Source of the DNA: Phaeosaccion multiseriatum
Taxonomy: Eukaryota; Protista; Ochrophyta, other classes
Direction: 5' to 3'
Length of the DNA: 64,000 nucleotides
NCBI GenBank assembly: GCA_965112735.1
Contig: OZ218951.1
Coordinates: 4,464,001-4,528,000 of the forward strand
In this document: positions 56,001 through 64,000 of the stretch, piece after piece
Layout: every line of letters starts with the position of its first letter
Position numbering within the stretch: the stretch's first letter is position 1
Translations under genes and position numbers: made by a program
Notes under the pieces: generated by a model
What the model was told of the DNA's origin: nothing
What the model saw: only the letters and a program-made list of their open reading frames with translations
Database searches by the model: none

Positions 56001-59000
56001 ACTCTGCTGTGCTACTTGTATCAAGAATCGCACTCGCTCCGAAGAGGCATTTCCGAAACGTGTCTCGGCTATGTGAGCATCCCCCTGGGGGAGGCACAAG
56101 CGGGGTCGAGCACGAGTCTGTTGGAGCCCAAGTGGACACCCTTGGCGGTCTGTAGCAACAACAGCAGGGATGGTGGCAATAGAGGAGGAACAGGTGGTGA
56201 GAGTACTTTCTCGGTGGATGGAGTGGCACCGGCGCTGTTAATGGCCGTGGGGGTGTCGAAGCATTATAGTGAACCGGTAGGGGGGGGTGTCTTTGGGAGC
56301 CTCTCCCCGCCCCATCGGCGTGTGAGCTCTATGGAACAGAGCTTCTCCAAGGAGGTTGAGGATCAGCTGAAGGGCGTCGGGAGCGGTAACGGGGGTCAGG
56401 ACAATGACGATTTAGTCTTGGGCAAAGGCGCTAGAGGTGGCGGTGGAGGAGGCGGTGATGATGATGATGATGATGATGACGATGATGATGATGAAGAAGA
56501 AGAGGAGGATGAAGACGAAGCAGAGGAGAACAGGAGGGCAGCGGGCGGCGGTAGCAGAAGCAGAGGCAGCAGCAGGGTCTTCGACAGTGTCGATGGGCCA
56601 GGCACTGGCACCCCTCCTCCTGTGGGCAGACTGGAGACTGCGGACTGCTATATCTGGATGGAGACCCTCTCCTTGGGTGGGCCGCGACTCCTGAGCAGCG
56701 ACCTTCTGGCACAGATATCCGAGTATGTAGAGTATCCGTTGGAGTGGGTGGAGGCCCGTTGTAAGGTGATGAAGGCACTGGAGGGACATTTGGCGAAGAT
56801 GGGAGCGGTGTGTGGCCGCAAAGCGGAGGAGGGGCTCAGCTTTAGAAGCAGCATGGACAAGAAGGTATGTGTGTGTGCGTGTGTGAGAGTGAGAGTGAGG
56901 GAGAGAGAGTGAGTGTCTATGTTTACAGGGTGTGTGTGTACGTGTGGGTATGGGGGTCTCCTAGGCGGCGTGGTGCCGGACACTCTCCTTCTCCTCTCCG
57001 CTCTGATGCGTCCCCTCCTTCTCTCCTCCTCCCCTCGTTCCACACGTGGAGGTTGGGCCGTCTCGGTCAGTCTCATTGTCTGCCTCTAAGCCTCGCCTCG
57101 ACGATCGTGGCACCTACACCACCAACACGTCTGTTTGTCTCTCTGCATCTCTCTGTCTCTGCCCTGTGTCTGTACTTCTCTCCCTTCAGGCCAAGCTCCT
57201 GCAAGCAGTCGCCACCAACCTGTTGGCCCAAGTGCTGACCGTTACAGAAATTCCAGATTGCGGCGAAGCTGTTGGAGTACCAACGCACACACACTACGAC
57301 TTCACCACCACAGGAGCGCCCGCAGCCCACAGCCTGGGATACACGAACGGAGGCCTGGCGGCGATGGATAACCAACTCGTGGAGCTGCAGAGCAACGTCA
57401 AGGCTCTCTTTGAGCAGCTCTTGCAAGTGCAGGTACGATCCGAGCAGTGCGGCTATTGGATAGATGGCAGTGGATGGCAGTGGATGGCAAGGGATGACAA
57501 GGAAAGGCATTCTTCATTCGTTCGAAGGGCGCATGGATGGGCGACCAAGCACGCACACACTGTAAATGCACTTGTTGTTGAGTCTTTACGGTACTCATTG
57601 CTTTCCTTGACTTTTCCCTTCTGTGCTCCTCCCTTCCTTTGCACTTCACCAGCGACAACAACAAGATGAGCACGAGCAACAACAGCACCAACAGCGGTCG
57701 GTGATACAGCAACAACCCCGCGTCCCCACTTCTTCCTCCTCCTCCTCTTCACAGTCTCTAAGCAGAGCCACTTCCATGCAGCTCGTGGTAGCTCGAGAGG
57801 CTCTCACAGACGACCTTCGCGTGCAGCTGCTCCGCTGGGAAGCAAAGGTCATCTCCTGCACTATCCGAAGGGCCTTTGTCACTAGCCAAGCCCTATCACA
57901 AGCGGCTTGCTCGTTTGCTGCCAAGATCGAGATGATAGCTCGGGGTTACCAACCCGGCGTCGAAGCCGCGGCGCTGTGGGTGCAGGAGGGGTACCTGATT
58001 GGCTTCGAGGGACTTCTGAGCGTGCATGGAAAGGAGTATGGGATGGTGGAGGATACGGTGGCGGCGCTGGACAGCCTGGCAACCTTTGCCTTTAGCGTCG
58101 TGCCGATGGACGACAATCGTCCTGACACTGGTACTACTGGAGAAGGGGGGTCAGGATCTAGTGTTCGTGCGAGTGCAGCGGCAGCAGGGGTAGAGCAGGG
58201 TCGCCCGGGGTATCCCGGGGGGGGCATGAAGGGGGGAGGGGTGCAGGTACACATCTGCAGAGAGGGTCTCACCACCAAGAGCTGCGACGGTAGCAGCGGC
58301 AGCAGCAGCAGCAGCAGCAATGGAGGTGGTGGGGGTGGTGATGATGGTGGGAGCGTCGCCAAGGCAGCCACTCATGGCAATACAGGGGGGCAGTCGGAGC
58401 AACAGCAGCAGCAGCAGCAGCCACACATTGTGGAGATTCGAGTGAAGCGCAACGTGTGGAACTTGCTGCCCGACTCTCTGAAGCGGCCCCACGCCATTCC
58501 CATCTGCCCCGTCTTGTTCACGCAAGGCATCGACATTCAACAGAGTGTGAGTAACGTGTCGGGAGACTCGTCCAAGGCGGCGTTTCAGGCGAGGGTCAAC
58601 ATTGCCAATTTTGAAAAGCTCAATCGCTACTACAGACGCGCGGTCTTCGCTGCCTCCTCTGGAGCGGGTCTGAGCGGTGCCTCAGCGGCCGTGCCTGATC
58701 TGCTTGACCTCGGAGGACTGGACCTTACTGCCGAAGATAACCCTCTATCTCTGTCTCCGACGAGTCGGGGCATAACCGGGGGCGGGTTTGCCTTCTCCAG
58801 CAACAATAGTGCCACGAACAGCACCACCAATGCCGGTAGTAGTAGTAGCGGCAGCAGCAGCAGTAGTAGCAGTCGTGTAGGGGCAGGAGGAGGAGGAGGA
58901 AGAGGAGGAGGAGGGGAGGCTTTCGATCGCATCCCGTTTCCTTTGCCTCCGACTCCCTCGACGATGCTGAGAGGAGGGGGAGGCTTTGCCACAGATTCCT

Positions 59001-59994
59001 CAGCACCAGTAGGGGGAGGGGGAGGAGGAGGAGGAGGAGGAGGAGGAGGAGGAGGAGGAGGAGGAGGAGGAGGAGGGGAAGCTGGGGGGTCAGCTGTGCA
59101 TGAGAATCTGCGCGGGCTGTACGCTGCTATTCAGGGCCAGCAGCTCTCCGCCAAGAACTACACCATCCTGCTGGAGGCGGAGAGGGTGGTGAGGAGCGTA
59201 TGGGGAGGGAGAGTGACCTTCTGCAAGAGCGGAAAGGACAGAACGGCCATGTCTGTGACTTTGGAGGTGAGGGAGTTGGTGATACAGAGGGGAGGGAGGG
59301 AGGGAGGAAAGGAAGGAGGGAGCGAGAGAGGGATAGAGGGGGAAACTGGGTGTATGATCCTGTTTGCCTTCTTCTCGTCGCTGAAAGAGAGGCGGAGAAG
59401 ATGCTTGTAGGTACCTTTTCCGTGAGGCCATCCACCATTGTCTTTATAGTTTGTCCTGACTCTTTTATCTCCTGCGTCGACTCGACCTCTCCTGCCCCCC
59501 TCCCCCCCCCCGACTCACGCACGCACACACACATGCACATGCGCACACACACGCACGCACACACACACACACCCACACACACACGCACGCACGCACACGT
59601 ACAGGAGGCGCTGCTGCTCTGTGAGAAGCACATGAAGCTCGAGGAAGACACTCCCGCCGCCGTCCCCGCCTCGTCGTCATCGCAGCAGGACTTTCCTAGC
59701 AACCCCTTTGATGACAGCCCGACCAGCACCACCACCGGTAGAGGTGGGGACGGGGGAGGAGGAGCAGGAGGAGGAGGAGGTGATGCCTCTCTCCTCCGGC
59801 CAATGGCACAGGCGGTACGGTTGTCCGATCTGTTCCGGACGTACGGCGTGCGCATTGCCGTGGCGCACAAGAATGTGGGGCGAGCGAAGTATTCCTTCAA
59901 TGCCATTCAGCGCCAGTTCATTCCGCAGCTCTACAGACCGCCGCCCTCCACCATCAACGATGTGTACACCAGCTACACCAATAGAGACTCGTGA
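53090..59994 (+). CDS. INPP4: Inositol polyphosphate 4-phosphatase (INPP4-like) with probable C2-type segments
   Basis: Exons 53090-54614, 55045-55145, 55437-56864, 57190-57432, 57653-59266, 59605-59994, all in frame. Catalytic CX5R 'FCKSGKDRTAMSVTLE'. Other motifs: 'FRSSMDKK...VATNL', 'TTGAPAAH', 'FEGLLSVHGKEYGMVED', 'PVLFTQGIDIQQ', 'KNVG...YSFN...P.LYRPP'. Confidence 0.9.
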
Positions 59995-61325
59995 GTAGAA
60001 GCACACGAGCCAAGCTTCATACAGACTCAAGAGTGAGTGAGTGAGTGAGTGAGTGAGTGAGTGAGTGAGTGAGTGAGTAAAACTCATTGACGTCTACACC
60101 ACTAGAGACTCGGGTGACAGAGTCATTGGAGTGGGAGAGTGAGTGAAGCACAAAGCAATACATTTTTCTAATGAACAGCTTCTCTTACTTGTTGTGCGAG
60201 GCTCTGCTGCAAAGTAAAGTAAAGCCCAGCACCTCCTCCCCCCCCCCCGCTCCCCGCCCACCATGAACACGTTGGTGAGTGGCCCCCAAGAGGCCCAATC
60301 AATAATGCCCAAGTCGGGCCCCAAGGGGCCCAACGAATGATGCCCAATTGGAGCCTCAGGAAGCCCAATCAACGATGCCCAAGTTTGGCGTCCCAGGTAC
60401 GCAAAGGTGTCGTGTTGACTGCAACACAGCCCCCCTGGGCTCTAAGGGTGTGCTTTCATTCCTTCCGTCGTCCTCTCCCACCACATGCCCGGCACCGGGT
60501 TCAGATGCACACCGAACCTGCTGCTGTATCACCAACTGCTGCTGCTGTTTACACAAGTCCTGTGGTGAAAAGCACACCCTTCCACAGCAAAAGCTCCCCG
60601 CTCCCTCCCCGCCCACTCCACGCCACACACCCTCTCCGGCGGCGAAGGTTGTCCCCCCTTTCCACCCCATTACGACTCGGAGTCCAGCCAGCACCCGAGT
60701 GAGTCGTCGCCAGAGGGCTGCCGCCAGAGACCCAACCCCTGTGACGTGGGGCGTGAGGAGGGGGACTGTCTCACAAACCACCTTCGAGGCCCTCGACTGC
60801 CGATAGTCCCACATACGCCTCCATCTTGTGACCTGTATGCCTCCATCTGTGACCAACATGCATCCATCTGTGGGACCCCTATTGGCCGGCCAGCGGGCTC
60901 TGGGGCTTCGCGAGCGCAGGGCAATGAGCGAAGTCCAAAGACGCGGCCACCGACTCTCCACTCCATTCAACTCCACGCAACTCGGGAGGAGGCGAGGGGA
61001 GGGGAGAGGAGCGGAGAGGAGAACAGAGGAGAGGAGAGAGCAGAGGAGGGCACGCGCCATGCATGTCTGACATCACTCAGGAGGGTAGAACACGGCACAC
61101 ACGCACGCACGCACGCACGCACGCACGCACGTACGGCACGGCTTGGCTGTAGGCGAATTTCCAGCGCAGGTCATTCGTCCTTCTTCCTTCTAGCGAGCAG
61201 AAGATAGCAGAACAAGAAGAGGCTGTCCCTCATGTTGCCCGCGGCGACTGCTCCAGCTGCCTCCGCTGCTCCTTGTCCTGCTGGTCGGTCATATTCTGGT
61301 GCAGCTGCTGCTGCTACTTGTGACC

Positions 61326-63827
61326 CTACTTGGCCTTCTTCCTGCTCTTGGAGGACTCTTTGCCGGGCTTTACGAAGCCGCACTCTTCCAACAAGCTCCT
61401 CGCCACGTTGTTGATGTGCTGCAGAAGGGGGGCACGGTTACAAGAGGCACAGAGGGCATAGGTAGGGCATAGTCCGAGGGTAAGAACACACACACACACA
61501 AGCACGCACACACACACAAAAGCAGGAGACGAATTGCCTCATTGGAGTGAGCAGAGACCTAGCTGCAGGAGCTCTTCAGAGTCTTCACCCAAAGCAATTG
61601 AAGTTCAGAGATGGAAAAGTGAAGTATGGGACACAACGGTTTCCGTCAACTCCTGACGTGCTCACCTTGAACCGATCAGGGCCCAGGTGAATGCCTGAGA
61701 TGGATAGGGAATATAGGAAACAACAAAACGGTCACCTATAAGCACGAGAAGTAGGCCCACAAGTCAGATACCATTACCACGCCCATCCCGATCCGTAGAC
61801 GGCCACCACGATCCCTGGACTACCATCCGTAGGCATCCACTGCCACCCCCCAGTGCTCACCTCCGAACCATCTTGACACCACCACCATTACGTTGTTCAC
61901 CTATGCAAAGTGCAAAGAGAAAGGAAGGGAAGGAAGGACAATATGTGCATGGGTGCGTGTGTGTACGTGTTGTGTACGTGCGTGAGTGAGTGCGGTGGGA
62001 AACAGAAACGGGGCTGGAGAGGAGGGGAGAGGAGGGGAGGGGAGGGGTAGCATGACAAGGGCACCTCTACCCTACACACCACATCACACCACACCACAAT
62101 ACACAAGGTGCCACATGTGTGCGCCCTCTGCCCATATGCCTACAGGTGCCTATCTTTCTCTCGCCTTACTTGCATGAGTGCCATTATCTCTGCCAACCTG
62201 CCCCCTGCCGCACTCTCCCCGTCGTCGTCATTGTCGAAGAGCTGGATGCCCCGCTCGGGGTCGAAGCAGCGATAGGCCATGATGTTGTGAGTGGCTCGTG
62301 AGACCTTGTTGTTTGTCAGGAGGGACTCCAGAGCGAGCTCGACCTGCATGGAAGGTGGGTGGGTGGGTGGGGGGGAGGGGGAAGTGGGGGGAGTGAAGGG
62401 TGGGAAGGGAAAAGGGAAGGAGAGGGGAGAGGGGAAGGTGAAGTGGGGGGAGGGAGGGAGGGCAAGGGAAAGGGGAAGGAGAGGGGAGAGAGGAAGGTGA
62501 AGTGGGGGGAGGGAGGGAGGGGAAGCGAAAGGGGAAGGATAGGGGAGAGGGGAAGGCGAAGTGGGGGGAGGGAGGGAGGGAGGAGTGGTTCAGAGTGCGA
62601 GTGCGTAGCTTGTATGTACCGGTGTGTGTGAAATACACACAGAGAGAGAGGTAGATAGACAGATAGAGAGGCAGAGAGAGAGAGAGAGAGGGAAAGGTGG
62701 CCGACGCTCACAAAGTCTGCAAGGGCGGAAGAGAGGGAGACCAGATAGAAAAACTCCCACGCACGCACGCACCCACCTGTCTCTCGTTGGTGACCGCAAC
62801 GAGGTGGGCTTGAAAGGTGCTCTTGCGATCAGTGAAGGGCTTGCCGTGCTTGAACATTTCAATTGGAATCAAGTCATCGCTGCCATTTGCAAAGACTCCA
62901 GTCCCATCAGCAGGCGACTGCTGCGGCTGCTGGTGCCACCCCAACGTTTGGTCCTTCTCGTCTGCCTCTCCCCTCCTGCTCCCCTCATCGCCCTCTCCCT
63001 GCGCTGCTGCATCGCTTCCGTTCTCTAGCTCTTGCTCCTCCTCCTGCTGCTGCTGCTGCTGCTGTTGAGGGTCTCCCTGTTCTTCATCTTCAGGCGGGGT
63101 ACATAAGCCCATCTCCAGCAGCTTTTCCCGCACCATCTCCACAACCACATAGATAACAACACTCCCCTTGTTTTCCTGGACCAGAGCTTCTACAGCTGTG
63201 TGTCGGGCCCGGCGGAGGCAGGGAGGGGGGGGGGGGGAGCGAGGAGCCCAGAGACGCAGAGGTAGACACACTTTTAAGTCAAGACGAAAGAGGAACACAC
63301 TCAACCAGACGACAGAGAGGAGTGGTAGGGGTTCATCATTCCTCCACCCTGCGCTAAGTCTCTCGCCTCTCTATCTCTGCCCCTGCATTTCGGTGGCCCA
63401 TTCTCTTCTTCCTCTGTCTCCATCACCTTGGTTGAGGATTGTGAGATTGCTTCGACTCACGGCTACGGAGCGCACCAGGCACTCTCTTGGACTCGAAGCG
63501 CTGGGGTAGTCCGGGCCCAAGCGTAGGCATATGCGCACGAGGGGAGAGGCAGCGTTAACGATCACCTCCACCTGAGGGTTGGAGTCGGAGAGAGCACAGA
63601 GGCAGGCTGCTTTTAGGGTAGAGGGACAGCTTTAATTTAATCTTCGTGGGTGCTTCCTGTTGGGAGAACGCTTCCACGCTGCACCTTCTCCCTACCTTAC
63701 GCTCTCCAGCCTCCCCTTCCTCCACGCTGGCGTCGTCTCCATAGATGTACTGCAGGGCCTCGATCTCTTCGAGCTGCTCCTCGTTCACCACGACGGCACC
63801 ATCTTCGCGACTTACTTCAGCGGCCAT
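61326..63827 (-). CDS. IMPACT: IMPACT protein (RWD + UPF0029 ancient domain)
   Basis: Exons 63827-63696, 63571-63427, 63195-62777, 62343-62170, 61900-61861, 61694-61666, 61418-61326. RWD motifs 'EEQLEEIEALQYIYG' and 'DYPS..P'. Ancient-domain motifs 'TDRKSTFQAH', 'ATHNIMAYR', 'DDDGESAAGGRL', 'VVVSRWFGGIHLGPDRFKHINNVAR'. Confidence 0.93.
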
Positions 63828-64000
63828 CCCATGCACTGCGGATGAGGGACGTCCAAGGGCTTCTCCAGGCGGCGAGCGAGCTGCTGGTGGCTCCAAGGGC
63901 GGCTTCCAGGATCCTTTATAGGAAAAAGGGGGAGAATGACGGAAATCCCATTGGTGATACAGGACGCCGCCAGTCTTTAGACTCCCTTCAGTCTTCAGGC

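Noticed and set aside
60280-61060. ORFs 60356-61060 (-) and 60348-60806 (+), plus a short duplicated CCCAATCAA..ATGCCCAAGT motif
   Set aside because: No recognisable domain; lies between convergent 3' ends.

Overview
Eukaryotic nuclear DNA with GT-AG introns packed with microsatellites. The source is most likely an ochrophyte/stramenopile alga; this is inferred from a bipartite signal-peptide + F-motif plastid-targeting sequence on the FNT gene. I reconstructed about 12 protein genes by hand, with frame-consistent splicing: a plastid formate/nitrite transporter (runs off the left edge), Trx-Grx-Grx glutaredoxin, a Q-rich FABP-like protein, a tandemly duplicated adenylate kinase joined to UMP-CMP kinase + two degenerate NDK domains + a Dpy-30-like motif, glomulin/ALF4-like, RSL1D1, an ankyrin protein, an NT5C-type HAD phosphatase, an ammonium transporter, a giant channel gene, INPP4 and IMPACT. 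There is also a solitary 5S rRNA gene, two TIR elements (MITEs), an ankyrin pseudogene and a TPR-derived hairpin. The most striking object is an 18-exon, ~2790-codon gene (38725-52897, minus strand). It encodes WD40 repeats, an ankyrin-like segment, a TRP-type 6TM channel and a predicted coiled coil, fused to a C-terminal nucleoside-2-deoxyribosyltransferase-like + Nudix module of apparently bacterial type. This makes it a candidate independently assembled, TRPM2-like 'chanzyme'. All family assignments come from motif recognition, not database searches, and all exon models need RNA-seq confirmation.
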